A stretch of DNA of 58,731 nt, the filler included, from Sluysia triapertura (lineage: Eukaryota): assembly GCA_046118255.1 (NCBI GenBank). It is 4 parts of 4 records of this genome, joined end to end, with 100 filler letters (N's around TTAATTAATTAA, not from the genome) between each part and the next. Parts side by side here need not be neighbours in the genome. Positions count along the whole stretch, not along the records: positions 29,266 to 44,824 come from JBJNIA010225128.1; positions 44,925 to 58,731 come from JBJNIA010018854.1; 2 more parts are not named here. One strand, given 5' to 3'. The notes below the pieces were generated by a model, which was given only the letters and a program-made list of their open reading frames with translations, ran no database searches and was not told where the DNA came from. Made by a program: the position numbers and the translations under genes. Position 1 is the first letter of the stretch, and each line of letters starts with the position of its first letter. This document shows, one piece after another, positions 40,460-54,447 of this stretch.

Positions 40460-42000
40460 TTATGACATAATTAATTTGATGTAAATTGTAATTACTTTAG
40501 GTTCATTTCCATTATTTTCTATCATCTCAGAATTAGTTTCACTCTTAAACATTGTTAAAAGATTAAATACTGAACTTTTATTAAAATTCTCTGTCATCAC
40601 TCTTAACAAATTATATTCCTTCGTTTCTTTGGTAAACTTGGGACATATTATCAAGGTGCACAAAAGGTGCCAATCATCAAAAATAATGTTAAGGTCATTA
40701 CATAATTCAAATAGATCGCATCGAACTAATATTAAACCATTTAAGTTAATCTCACTGATTCTTCCTTTGTGGTCAGGAGCATTATCAATATGCATTATTT
40801 CAATTTGTCCCACATTACAAACGGCGTAGTCTAAAGTAATTTCATTAAGAATAAATGTTAATGTTTTGAATAGATAGTTTACGAGTTAAATCATAATTAT
40901 GAATCAAACTTGTGCTAGATGAAATTTCTCTTTTCAAAGTTCGACTTTTCATTGTCAAATATCGAAGTTTCAAAAAATAACTTTTGTCAGACCAACCGTA
41001 TAAAATATGATTTATTGGTTTCAGCTTTTAAGTTTCTTTTTGACTACAAACACCTTTAATAAATGTCATAAATTCATCGGTTGCTAAATCTCTAATGTCA
41101 TTATGTAGAGTATCCCTTTCTAGCATTACACAGTTCAAATAAAAATTTGATGATTCAATCGTAACTTGTTCTTCTCCCAACAATTGCAACATGTTTCTCA
41201 AGAATAAATCATACAACTTCTTAATCGTTACTTCTCGTTTAAACATTCATTTTATTTTGCATTATTTTTGAGTCTTAAAAATTTTTTGTTGAAAATTGTT
41301 ACTATAAAATTATTATTATTATTTTTGTTGAATAGAGTCGGTTCCGTGTAAAGGAAATACCAGTGATAAGAGAATGTGACTGAGCAGATGTATTTATATA
41401 AATTTATGGAAACCATTTGCATTTGAGAAAGCTCATATGGAATGATACAATCAGAATTAAATTCTTCATGCATGAAACATTCAAATCGGATAGGTTACTT
41501 AGGCTTATCAAACAATCTTGAATAAGTTTAGCATCTAATTTATTCATTTAACTTGCATTTTTGTTATCGATGTTATTGGTTATATAATTACCAAGAAAAT
41601 TTCGTACAATCCTATCAAAGTGATAAACTCTCGATTGCGTAGGCTTATTGATATGTGGAATATTTTCGTTACGTGTATTGCTTTCACAGGTATTATTTCG
41701 ATTTTTATTATTAATATTAAATTTCAGATTAGGATTTGCATTCACTATGAGCATAACTGATGATGGGTTAGTACGAACACTAAGTGTTGTTAATATATAT
41801 CTGTGTAAATTCTCGGATCTGTGTAAATTCTCTATTTTATCGAACAGGAAACAAAATGAATCCTCCTTGATATCTTTCATTGTATAAAATTCTAAATTTA
41901 TATTGAAAATTCTGATATTTGCGTAATTTCCATCGTCTTGATTTAATAGATTAATAACTTTGATTTTAGAAAAACATAATTTAGTGTTCTGAACATTCAT
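40460..42000 (-). pseudogene. Cargo ORFs of unknown family inward of arm A (42000-41548, 41246-41028, 40813-40460)
   Basis: Series of same-strand, protein-like ORFs broken by stops, beginning ~65 bp inside hairpin 1 of arm A. No family recognised. Confidence 0.45.
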
Positions 42001-42059
42001 TTTATTTTGTATTATTTCTGAGTCTTAAAAAATTTTTGTTAAAAATTTTTCTGATACTG

Positions 42060-43132
42060 TATCCTTTTATTGGTTATCCAACCAGAACAACACTAGTATT
42101 TGCTCTGGTTGGATGGCCAATAGAGACGCATAAAAGAGATGGCAGAAATTGGATGATTGATGTGTAAACCAGTATCAGTGGTGACATTGAATGTAATTTT
42201 AAATCAATGCCGTTACAATTATAGTTACGAAATTAATAGTTCAGATAAATTAAGTGAAAAATAATAAAAATTAAAAATGGTCATAATAACAATAATGAAA
42301 GCATTATCTCTTTATTTCTAAACTCACATGATCTGTCTTTTAAAGCTCTTGAATTTCTCAACATATTAAACTTATTAAGAAAAGAAACGTTTTGAAAAAT
42401 TGTAGTTCTAATGCTGTACAATAACGTTTAAAACGTTTCAAATGAATTTTTCAGATGTCGATTAATGTTTTTTAAGTGAAGATGATGTTTGAATGTTAGG
42501 AGGTTGTGACATAGAGATACGTTGAGAAGAGTGTGGTTTAGTGAATGTAAAGAAAGTGTAAATTATAGTCTAACTTTTTGTATTTTTGCAAAAATGATTA
42601 TAGAATGTTAAAAATGTTATTTATTTTGTTGATGTATTTAAGTAGTGATGTCTTTATGTGCTGTAAAGAATTAAGTGATGCAGATCATGAATTTAGAATG
42701 TTTGAATTAGTTTGGAGATATGGTGGTTAATTTCGAATGTGATTGTGGTTAAATTGTTCTGAAATTATGAATAAAAATATTTTTAATGGATTTCTTAGTG
42801 TAATTTGGTGGTATTGTGTGCGATTGTGGTTCGAATGTTATAAGGTTGAAGATTTGAAATATTTTGACAAGTGAGAGTTTATTTTAGTGAATGAGAAAAG
42901 AATTAAGGTAAAAAAACGGTTGTAACTAATTTTTGTTGTGTGGTGTTGAAGCGAATATGATTTTAATTATTTTTGTATTAATTGTGAATTTGAAAGTGTG
43001 AGTTGTAAATCTTGGGAGTGAATGTTATGTTGGCAAAACTTTGTGTTAAATGAATGTTTTTGGTGAATTCTGGAAAATGTGCAATGTAAATTTTTAACAA
43101 AATCCATTAAGATAATAGGTTGGCCACCATAG
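42060..43132 (-). mobile_element. Long terminal arm A of the double-hairpin cargo element family
   Basis: Hairpin TATTGGTTATCCAACCAGA/TCTGGTTGGATGGCCAATA (42068-42122), motif CCAGTATCAGTGGTGAC, T/G-skewed tract, terminus ATAGGTTGGCCACCATAG-TAA. Aligns in reverse complement to 52590-53461 (e.g. CACTAAACCACACTCTT, GTCACAACCT.CTAACAT). Confidence 0.8.
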
Positions 43133-44033
43133 TAAGAATTCATCATAATCACAAAAACCTACTTATGAAAAAAATGGATATCATTGAAATAGCATGACCA
43201 TCTGAAGAAATCCAAACCTTAAAATAATACCAACCTAATCTTGTAATGACGCTGTTTCTAACAGTTATTAATCCATTACTTTCCACAGTTCAAAATTATA
43301 AAAATTAAATTAACCGTATGATATTCATACAATTGAACTGGAACTATTTTTGCGACAATTGTTGTTTTTATTCTTTCGTGGAGTACATCACATGAAAAAT
43401 GTTATTAAGAAATATATTGAACTTTTCCCAAAAATTGGACAATGATGGATAATTGCTTATATTACTAAATAATTTGTGGTTTTAATTATGCGGTATGTTT
43501 TAAATGATTTAGGACTACTCCTTCATCATCATTAAAACCAATAATAAAACCCAACATCATACACTAAATTTAATATCATTATATCATGAGAAAACATTTT
43601 TATTGAGTTATCATATTAAAAATTTTAATTAAGTTAATTAAGAAATGTACTTTAATATTTTTAACAAATCAAACCTTTTAAAGGATTGTTTCTTCGCATT
43701 TCTCATTATTTTATTTCGATTTAAATATTTTATATGCTTATCATACCACGCAGTTCATCATAATGCCTCATCTTAATTCTTTAACAATGTTGAATTTATT
43801 CTGTTATCCCTAGTCTTGATCCTTACATTCACCCTCATCCTTCACCAATCTCAACAAGAGTAGTTGAATTTACAAATTTGATTTATATATTTATATATTG
43901 TTATAAAAGAGTACTTGATATTGCGATAATTAGAAAATATATTGAGATTTCGCATTGTTGAGTTATAACTAAATATTTTGAATTAAGATAGAACATAAGT
44001 ATGAAAAATTCAATATTCCATAATTAAGAATTA

Positions 44034-44139
44034 CTGTATTTTCCGGATTATAAGGCGCATCTTAGAAAAGATTTAAGTTTAATTTTATTTAAAATTTGGT
44101 TCATCTTTTATGATGCGCCTTATAGTTCAGAAAAAACGG
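44034..44139. mobile_element. pogo/Tc2-family MITE
   Basis: TA-CTGTATTTTCCGGATTATAAGGCGCATC … GATGCGCCTTATAGTTCAGAAAAAACGG-TA: ~28 bp TIRs with TA target duplication. Confidence 0.85.
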
Positions 44140-44782
44140 TAATTAAAGGTTAACTGTACTCACTATTAAGACTTTCTTTATATTAATTCAGTCAAACTAT
44201 ACCTTAACCGAATGGTTTTTAAAAACAAATATGTACATAGTTTCAACTTTGACATAACATTCAAAGTTATTCACAAAAACGTACTTTTTCTTAATTAAGT
44301 TAATTAAGATTTCAATTAATTAGTCTATTTTTAGACCTAATCTTATTGTTGCATCGTGAATAATGCTAACAATAATGAGTTATAATCAAATCAAATTCCT
44401 TAACAGAGTTTTATAACTTCAATCTTATATCTTAAAATCGATTAATTATTTTCGTAAATCTTCAAATTTAAATTAACACAACTAATAACAATTTATTAAT
44501 TACAAAATCAAACTACAATTTAATAACTTATGCTTACACAATAAAAATAATGATATAAATATATCAATTAGTCAACCAAATAAAAATTATGTATACATAG
44601 TCACAGAAATTAAATAATAATATTAATACACTTAACTAATCAATAAACCAGAGGCTATGCAACGATCAAATGGGAATCACTTAACAAATTTCTATTAAAC
44701 AATAATCGGTAATCTCTAAAAATATATTTATAAACGATGGTTTCCAATAATTGCGGGGATTTCCTAAAGGTATATGTTATTC

Positions 44783-44824
<42 letters not shown>

Positions 44825-44924
44825 NNNNNNNNNNNNNNNNNNNNNNNNNNNNNNNNNNNNNNNNNNNNTTAATTAATTAANNNNNNNNNNNNNNNNNNNN
44901 NNNNNNNNNNNNNNNNNNNNNNNN
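44825..44924. other. Assembly gap with linker
   Basis: N44-TTAATTAATTAA-N44. Confidence 0.97.
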
Positions 44925-45081
44925 ATTGCTTTCATTTTTGGTTTTATATTCATTTTAATTATATGATAATCGCTGTTGCTATCCATTGTTCAATAAACTA
45001 CGATGAGTTTGTTTATTTTGTAAACAAACCTAAATAAAGTACCGCTGTTACTGTTGTTTACATATGCAAATTAGAGTTTAA

Positions 45082-45124
<43 letters not shown>

Positions 45125-46545
45125 GTCAGATGATAAAGTGACTTCATCTTGAAGGTAAAGGGATCAATATTTAATTAGAATTGTTTGAAAATCATTTTTA
45201 ATCGATAACTTTCCTTACGATTTTTGCATGGAAGGTGGTATCACACATAATGAAACACAATCATGAAATGTATCAATGAAATGAACACTAAGACAGTGTG
45301 ATTGTTGGTAATATAAGTTAAATTGTAAAGTTAAATTTCTATGTATTATAATGAGCATACATAATACAAGTATTGATCTATTAATGCTGATTAATAGATC
45401 ATTCAAAATGTGTTATTGAAATTGATGTGCCACGTATCGTTAAAGTGTTGCATATTGTATCAAAAGCTATTATTTGATTAGATTTATATTCAATTTAAGT
45501 TAATGTATTGTTGTATTGATAAGTATTATTATAACCATTATCTTAAATTTTATTTTTATTATTTTCAAAAGGTAAGAGTTTGTTTATCACAAAACTCATT
45601 ATCTTTGGCTAATTGCTAGATATTAATGATTTAATGATTTAACAGACATGTTTTTCTTATGTTCATTTAATTAATTATGACAATTTGGTAATCACAATAT
45701 TCGAAATTTAAATGTACATATTAAATAATATTTAAAAGTAATCATTTTCACGCAACAAAAATATGGTCTTTCTTTTAAAAACCTTATCCACAAAATAAGT
45801 TAAACTTATGGGTCCACTCGCAGTCTACAACTTGTGGAGGTGTATCTACAAGAAATATTTAAGATTTGATCTTTATTTTATCTATTTTAGATCGTTATAT
45901 TACAATATAAATCACTTTCGAATTTCGGTTAAGATTTATTTCAATCTGAAGTTTGTATAATAAAAATCGGAGAGAGAAAACAGAAAATAATTATAATATG
46001 TAATTATAATTATAATTATAAATAATTATAATAATAAAATCTATTATAATATGTAATAAAAAGATTTGGAATAAAAATCTAACATATAATATTCACAGTA
46101 TGAGATCTTTATTCTTCCTAGCGCTACGGTTAGATATAACTAGAAACCGAAGACTTGTAAATCTTGCTAATCCTACGAACATGCTTAAATTAGAAGCATA
46201 ATAAAGACAAATAGTGCACTTACAGTAGTTATTTATAGATAAACAAATACCAAATTGATTATTTAAATATCTTAAATACACGGTGTTACATTTCTTCGTA
46301 GTAAACATAAATAAATTTTTCTTACATTCAAGCTTCGCAATAATAAATTCGATACGTTTCTCGGTTTTACTGAAAGACACTTTTTTAAAAAATGATTCTA
46401 CAAAATTCAACGGCTTTAAATAATTTTAAAAGTAAATAATTCACCAATCAAAAATTAAATAAAATTTTATTTTAATTCATCATGTTTAATTTAAATATGT
46501 AACTTAGTTTAGTTCCGTAGTGTATTTATATTAATGTATTTAAAT

Positions 46546-46913
46546 TAGGGCTGGGACTTTGAAGGATTTTCCTGCACCGGGAACATCCCTCTATTCAATA
46601 ATTAAACTCCCACTGAATGATTTAATAATAATGTATTATTCAGTTAAAAATGATACAATAAAAACAAGAATGCAATTACAACGTAACGTTATGAATTACG
46701 ATGGCTTTTTAATAAAATAAAGGTAGAACCAGATGTATATATTATACTATATATGTATATTATGTAGTATATGATGAACAACTATTATTCCGAAATGAGA
46801 CATGCTAGAATTTTATTTCAAAAAACATTTAATGATTGTTAAGACCATTATACTGTCATTTATTTATCGATCATGCTCATAAGATAAAATCAGGTGCACC
46901 GGGAATAGGCCTA
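46546..46913 (+). repeat. Second copy of the 31810-32190 repeat
   Basis: Starts TAGGGCTGGGACT and ends GGTGCACCGGGAATAGGCCTA; internal blocks shared with the first copy. Confidence 0.85.
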
Positions 46914-47269
46914 ATTTAGATTAATGTATTTTAACATCTGGACGAGTATTTAAATTATAAGAATAAAAAATGAATAAAATTTGTTCTAAAAGTTCTAAAT
47001 TTATTTAAATAATGATATTTTAATAAGGTTAAAATGACTAAACGATTTATAATGGTAATCTTTTTCAAAAATTTAAAAACAGTATTAAAATTAAATTCTA
47101 TGTAACCCAATAATAATAATAATCTTACAATACATTATTAATATGATAATAATAATAATAATGCCTCTTAACAGTTGTATCAACAAATATTGAAATGTGA
47201 TATATCATATAACAATTAATATTCTATTATTAAAACAAAAGTTTAAACTTAATATTATCAGCTTTTAAT

Positions 47270-47307
<38 letters not shown>

Positions 47308-48590
47308 TAATAATAATAATAATAATTATAATAAAATTAAAATTAAAAGAAACAATTGATAATATAACTTTAAGGAACTGGAAATATGCTTTCTGATATT
47401 TACATCCGAATATTTAAAACAATAAATTATTTAAATTCATAAATAATACAATTTTTGCTTAAATTTTAGTAGTGTTTGCTTTTATTTATTATTTTATCAT
47501 TCATATTAAACAGTAAATGAAGGTTTAAAAAAATGTTAGAAGTTGTCACCGATGCCAATGTTTGTAAAGCATTACTTAGTTGCTTTTTAGTGTATTTAGT
47601 GTATACTATACTTAAGAAATAAAAGTGCACTATTATGAGGATATGCTAACACTTAACTTACAGCAAAATATTTTTTGAGCAAGGTCCGGTTACAGTAAAC
47701 GACTTACTGTTCTTGGAACACATTCTCTTGAACCTTAAAAATCCTAAATAAAATCAAATTAGTATCCTTAATTAATAATAATAAATTTTAAATAATGAAT
47801 AAATTTTAATTAATAACTACAAGTTTGAATAAATTAGTGATTCATTTAATCTTACACGATGATAACTTTTTTATAAATAGATGTATTAATTCAATCAACA
47901 ATCAGTAATTAAAATTTAAAGACACGATTGCTGATTATTATCAATCTAATTTGAAAATTGATTTGAGGAATCAAAAAACTGTTGATAATCGTTAGTTAGA
48001 TTTTTTCAATTTCAAGCTGACAGTAAAATATACTTAAACTTGGTAAATAATTTTCAAAAAATTATCTTTTAATACGATCGCTGTGAAATAATTATTAAAG
48101 TTTGTAAATTATTATTGACAAATTTGTTTTATAAGAAAGAATTAACAGTTTTTTTCCGATTAATTTTACTATAAATCGACAAAATATATAGCTAAGAATT
48201 TCAAATGAATTTCTATAGAGATCCTTTTAATTTGGATTTGTAATTTAACAATTTTAACCGATTTTACATCAGCAGCCACTCATTCATTTAAATTACACGT
48301 CAGTACCCAATTAGTGAATAAGTACTAATCAGTGAATAAGTGTTATACCAAATTAGTGAATAAGTGTTATATAAGTAACTCAAGTTAAATATTTAATTAT
48401 TAAAAGCATAAATTTTAGAAAAGTAACTATTGAAATAAAAATGATAAATTTCTAATAATCTTGTTCCTTGAGTTAACTAGTTACAAGGTGTATTATACTT
48501 AGTTTTCGCCGATTGAGACATGCATAACCCTAACTTCAATGAAACTATATCTCATTATAACACTGACTTCCGTTAAAATATGAATCAAAT

Positions 48591-48632
48591 CCTACGGACT
48601 AGCCGTATAACTCGTAAGTCTAGGATCGGAGG
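48591..48632 (+). repeat. Dispersed GC-rich stem-loop motif (representative copy)
   Basis: CCTACG-GACTAGCC…GTAAGTCTAGGAT-CGGAGG. Related copies at 17848-17890, 38336-38380 and 50759-50806 (+), and partial copies at 538-563, 2961-2990, 18360-18373, 34881-34896 and 36487-36508 (-). Confidence 0.7.
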
Positions 48633-49529
48633 TGAAATTAAGTATATTTACTTGCAGAAATCCGCCATTATTATTATTATTATATTACAATTATTAAAGT
48701 GAATTTTTTTTTGAAAACCAACAACCATGGAAAAAGAACTTAAATTCCAAATATTGAGAAAAATGAAAAATAACAAATATTTATTCTTGTTTACCAAATT
48801 ATTTAATACAGTTTTTTATTTTTTATTATAATAAATTATTATTTCTATTGTTTTCTTTCTTATTTTATTAATATTGTAAGATTATTTATTAATTTTATTT
48901 TAAATTTTAATGTTTTGATTATTTCTATTCACTTCATTTTAATTTATAAATTTTGTTTACCTTGATATTTTAAACTGGATGACTAATATTCAATGACTCA
49001 TCTTTAGATTGTCAGAGATAGAAGTGCTAAATTTAGTATAAGTTTGAATCTAATTATTTATTCTTAAAACAATAAGTAATACTTAATGAAAAATAAGTAA
49101 CGATATGTCATGCTTAAAGATGTTCAGTTTTACGATTTATTTTTATTTTAAGTGTAATTTAATTTTAAACATTTCAATTAATTAATTGAAAAATTAATTT
49201 TGTCGAAATTATGACTCAGTCATAATTTCTCTGTTCAGAATTTGTAGCCAATAATTATTTAATTTTCATTACATAAGATCTTTTCCATAATAAACTTTAT
49301 TTGTTATTCTTTAATCAATTTATTTAATTGATTTTAATCAGTTTCATGCGAATGAATATTGCAGCTTTAGTTACTGCCTTATTATACTCAGTATTATTTA
49401 GCGCATTAATCGATAGACTGAAGTTTTACAGATGTATTATTCGATTAAACAAGTGGAATTCAATTAAATTTATCGTATTGTTATGTTAATTTTCTATTAT
49501 TAAAAGATGTGGAATTTCAGAACAGATTA

Positions 49530-49790
49530 TCGTTTATCCACCTTGAACTTCAATACAAGCACGACATCTTTTGACAACACTGCGACATAGTTTCTAGCAA
49601 GTTTCCTCTGAAATTTGGTTCCATTCGTGCTGAATATTTTGTTTTCGATGATCAATTATCTTAGGCTGCATTCTTTAGAAAAAAAACAGGCGGTGTCAGA
49701 TCCAGTGCCCAAGAAATGTTTCATCAAGCCACTGTTGAATATCTTTGGTGGAGTGCTCCACCTTGTTGAAAATGATGGGAATATTGGAAT
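49530..49790 (-). mobile_element. Tc1/mariner transposase C-terminal remnant
   Basis: IIFQQGGALH…LDLTPPVFFL and (other frame) IQHEWNQISEETC*KLCRSVVKRCRACIEVQGG. Confidence 0.75.
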
Positions 49791-52589
49791 AATGGAATTT
49801 ATAGAACGAGAATTGCTATTATAAAATAATTAGGTTAAATAACAAAAAATAATTTCAACATAATTGGAAAAATATTTTAGAAATAATGTTATAGAGAGAG
49901 ATTATTAAAGCAAAAAGTATAAATAGACATCACAGTTATTTGAAAAAGTATTTAGCAATAGTTAATTGAAAAGCAGAAGGTTATTATTACATGTACTAAA
50001 GTACTGTTTAAAAAATTAATTGTGATTACATTTTATTAATTAGAATAACATTTAGTTTATTAAGATTTCCACATCAAAGTTATAAATAATACCATTTTAT
50101 TATTATTTTTGTAAACTAAATTTTGTTAAAATCATTTTATCGACAATTTTATATTGCACGAATAAAGTATTAATTAAGTTAGTTAAGAGGGAAAGAAGAG
50201 AAGCCCAGAGACGAATGAACGATAATCTTCAGTATTAGATATTAGAATATTAAGAGTTAGCGCAAGACAGTAAAATAAAATAAACCACACAATAAAATAT
50301 CTAACAAGCATAATACAACAAATATGTCGGAATTATTTACTATATTTAGAATATGTTTAATATACTTATTACTTAAATATACAAAATTAATAATCAATAA
50401 TTACAAAGGATTTTGTTAAAGGTAATTAAATTATTATTAAAATACAATTTAAACTATAAAAATTTGTTAAATTAATTGAATAATTTTGTTTAAATAAATT
50501 TCAAGGACGTGACAATAAGTATATTAAATTTCAACTTTAAATTATTAAAGATATTGATTATATACTAAACCAAACAAAGCCCTATTCGTTGATTATGTGT
50601 ATTAAACTGTTTTTCAATTGTTTCCGAATATTTTACTTGTTTTAACTATACGATAATAAAATCAGAATCAACTGTCAACTAAAATCAAAACAAACTTTAG
50701 AAAAAAACACCAAGCCAACCTAGACTAAACCTCCACTATTAATTTATTTTTGCTAATACCTACGGGCCTATCCCTTAAATGTGTAAGACTGGGATCGTAG
50801 GGGACTTGTATTATAAACACAAAATTTAAGATATACATTACTAGAGTTATTATTATGAAAAACAACTAACTAGTATGACCATCCTCCACTGATATACTTA
50901 TCAACTTAATCCAGATAAAAAAGAAAATAATTATTACTAGAATAATCAAGAATAATTTTCATAAAGTACGTAAATATTTTTATTAAGTAATAAAATAAAT
51001 TTTTTGCAATGATATCACAATGAATGATTTATAGCTCTAATTTGACATAATAGTATCACAGTGAAAAGTGATGTGATATGATATTATGAAAATTCATCTC
51101 AACAATAAACACTAAGATGATAATAATAAATAATATAACGATAATAATAATATATTAATTTATATTGCGCTCATATCTACTACAAAGTAAGTACTTAAAT
51201 TAAATCATTCACTATAATACTTCTGAAACCTAAAGAACTCGGCCTTTTTCTTAAATATTTCATAATCTTCCAGTAATTTGGCATTCTCTGGTAACATAAA
51301 CGGTACATATCCTATTACCTACCTTATTATCACTGTGGATTCTGTATAGATGCTTCACTTTGACAATGCAATAACGAAATAGTTCAATTTAATTATCTAG
51401 AATGTAGAATGTAACTAGTATCTGAAGTTTAACTTGTTAAAATTTCTTTTACTCCAACATGTACTTTATTGATAATAGTATAACAATTACAATATAATAA
51501 TAGTTATAATTCATTATTAACATCTTCCTTGTTATTTTAATCTATATCGTCATATTTTGTAAATGTTTCATTTTGTAAAATTTATTAAAATTTCATAAAC
51601 AAAAAATATTTAATTGATACATATAAACAAAACATTGATAACGACATTAACAATCTTCAGAGACAAATATATATAAATAATTTATAGGAAAAATATTGTC
51701 TAAGCAATTATTGTATTTACAACTGATACTTTAATTATTATACAATGTATTTTTAATGTTTGCAAAAGCAGTATTATGCACATAATAAATAGTTTAAAAA
51801 TAAAAAAAATATTTTTATATTAAAATTTAAAAATTATAATTCAAAAATATGACAAAATATCAATTTTAATTAGTAATTGTTCTAATTAAGCGTTAGCTTT
51901 AATTCATTTAAAATATTTTTTCTCGTTGAATTATTTTTAAAGTTTTATTTATTTGATTAATTTTAGTTTTTTGTTAGCATTTTTTGCCTGTGTGAATAAA
52001 AATTAAAATTGTACAAGCATCATTAGGAGAAAACATCACTTTTTTTCCAATTTTGAAGAAATAAAACTTATTCTATTTAATACAATTGGAAGTTAATAAT
52101 TTTCCTGGGGTTTACTTTATATCCATAGGGATTTGTTTATTTTTCAAATTAGATTCTTGTTTGAGTTGATATTATAACAATATTTAAGACTTTGTAATCT
52201 AATAAACATTAAAAATATAATATTTATTTAGTCAAGGTAGTTTGTTTTATTAGGAATCAAATTTATTGAGATAAATCGCTAATTCAAACAATCGGAATAA
52301 AAAATAATCAAAATAATATATATACTGGTCAGACAATCTCCTATCTTTTAAATAAAACAATAAAATAAAAATCTATGTTTTAATATACTACTGTCAAAAA
52401 CTATAATACGACACAATGTCATTATCTTCTTATTTCAATATATATATTATTTTGATTAAATAAATATTATATTTTTAATGTTTATTAGATTACAAAGTCT
52501 TAAATATTGTTATAATATCAACACAAATAAATTAGAAGAGTTTAGTTACATTTTAGTTTTATTTAAAAACAGTTTATAAAAATTGTTTA

Positions 52590-53461
52590 CTGTGGTGGCC
52601 AACCTATTAACTTTAACAAATTTTATTAAAACATTTCCTTTTAATACAACAAAATCGCATTCACCCTCAAAATCTACAATTCACATTCAAAAAAATTCAT
52701 CATAAACATTTTCATACATAGTGCAATACTAACATAACCAAAATTACCTTTTAGAATGTACCAAAACATAGGCTATATTTATCTTCTTCATTTTCACTAA
52801 ACCACACTCTTTTCAATGTTTTTTTAAGTCACAACCTACTAACATCTAAACATTACTTCATTCAAAACATCAATGTATATTTAAAAATCCACATAAAACA
52901 TTTAAACACTCAACTCATCTTCAGTCAAAAACATTAATTGGAATTTAAAAATTCATTTAAAACACTCACGCATTATCTTATAACAGTAGAACTACAATAA
53001 CATCTCAAAATACCGATTATGCATTTAAAACTAATTCAAAACATCTTAACTCATAACTTCTCAACATTCAACCTTACAAATATTTATAGATACTAAGGCT
53101 CTAAAGATTTAAATATGTTCAGAAATAATTAAAGAATTAGCAAGAAAGTTTGTGATATAATTATTGAAAGGATTTATGTGTTTTATAACAATAATAATAA
53201 CAATAACATTATTGTTATTATTATTATTATTATTTTTATTATTATTGTTATAATTTTATTTTTATTATTTTGAATTCAATTTTATTGTCTAACCTGTAAG
53301 TACCACTATCAAAGGAGATAATACTGGTTACTATGTACAAATTCTCGTCACCATTGATAGTGGCTTGTATGTCAATCTTGTTCATTTTTGGTGATATTAT
53401 TTACAGTCAAACCAGAGTGGTTCTGTTCATTATTTTATCATTCTGGTTGAACAACCAATAA
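52590..53461 (+). mobile_element. Long terminal arm B (left arm of a putative element 52590-~56660)
   Basis: TTA-CTGTGGTGGCCAACCTAT terminus, A/C-skewed tract, hairpin 2 CCACTATCAAAGG/CCATTGATAGTGG (53303-53363), hairpin 1 TCAAACCAGAGT/ATTCTGGTTGAACAACCAATA (~53397-53460). Confidence 0.8.
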
Positions 53462-53530
53462 GTGGCAGTACACAAACACATTGATCTAACTTATTTTATT
53501 TCATAAATTACAGTTTACTACTGATAAACG

Positions 53531-54447
53531 ATGTCAACTCTACATAACTTCTGTGTTTTAACAATTAACAAATAAACTAGTATGACTGTTAATGTTTTAT
53601 TTACAAATCGAAAAACACAATTGTAGAGTCACTTATGATCATATCGTTAAAGAAAATAAATTATTTAGATTTAATAATAGACAAACTTTTCTAAAAACGT
53701 GTATCAACTCTAGATCATACCTCTCAAACAATCAGACTTTTAAACATGAATACAATAACTTCTATAACTGAGTTGGAAATTACCAGCCCATTAAGTGAAA
53801 TTATTTTATTAAGTACATGTAGCTTGTGCATTTGTATCCCAGAAAAATTTGATGAAATTCTAATATTTGTAATATTTATTTACATTTAATTTTCAAGAAA
53901 AATTGCTAATCAATATCGAGAACAGACCATTACTACTACACATTCCTATGAAAATATATTCAAAGTTACGAAATGTAAGGTTTGTAATTTGAGAATTCTC
54001 ATTACCAGTTTCGGAAATAAAATGAGATTAATCATGGACAACTCTATCAGTATATTTTCTCAATGTTGTTCGAATATAAAAGGAACAAGATTAAATGAAA
54101 ATTTAAAAGAGCATGCTTTTTATGAAATTACAATGTCGATAAATGCAGAAATATTTGAAAATAATAAAGATAAATTTGAAATGCTTCAAGGGATGTTGAG
54201 TTTCCCAATGGAAACAGGTGTAGAGCTCGCACCAATGATTGTTTGTATACCTTACGGTTATTCCGTCACAGATAAAATAATGCTTATGGCTGATATACAA
54301 CATAAAAAGGGTAATCTACTAAACACAAATATCATCAAAATGTTTATAACAAGATCAATGAATACAGGCCCAAATTTAATTTCAGACAAACTTTTACAAA
54401 TAAATATATTCCAATTATATATTGAATATAAAGAAAAATGTAAATAA
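53531..54447 (+). pseudogene. Cargo ORF(s) inward of arm B; longest open segment 53989-54447
   Basis: ATG ~70 bp after hairpin 1, an interrupted N-terminal part, then 152 open codons (…EHAFYEITMSINAEIFENNKDKFEMLQGMLSFPMETGVELAPMIVCIPYGY…). Family unknown. Confidence 0.45.

Noticed and set aside
48305-48372. Short tandem TAGTGAATAAGT repeats (also the 29094-29153 direct repeat)
   Set aside because: Local slippage duplications without a unique-spacer structure; not CRISPR-like, and the context is eukaryotic.
51240-51330. Minus-strand GYVPF resembling GAD GYVPFFVSATAGTT
   Set aside because: The downstream residues (MLPENAK) do not match.
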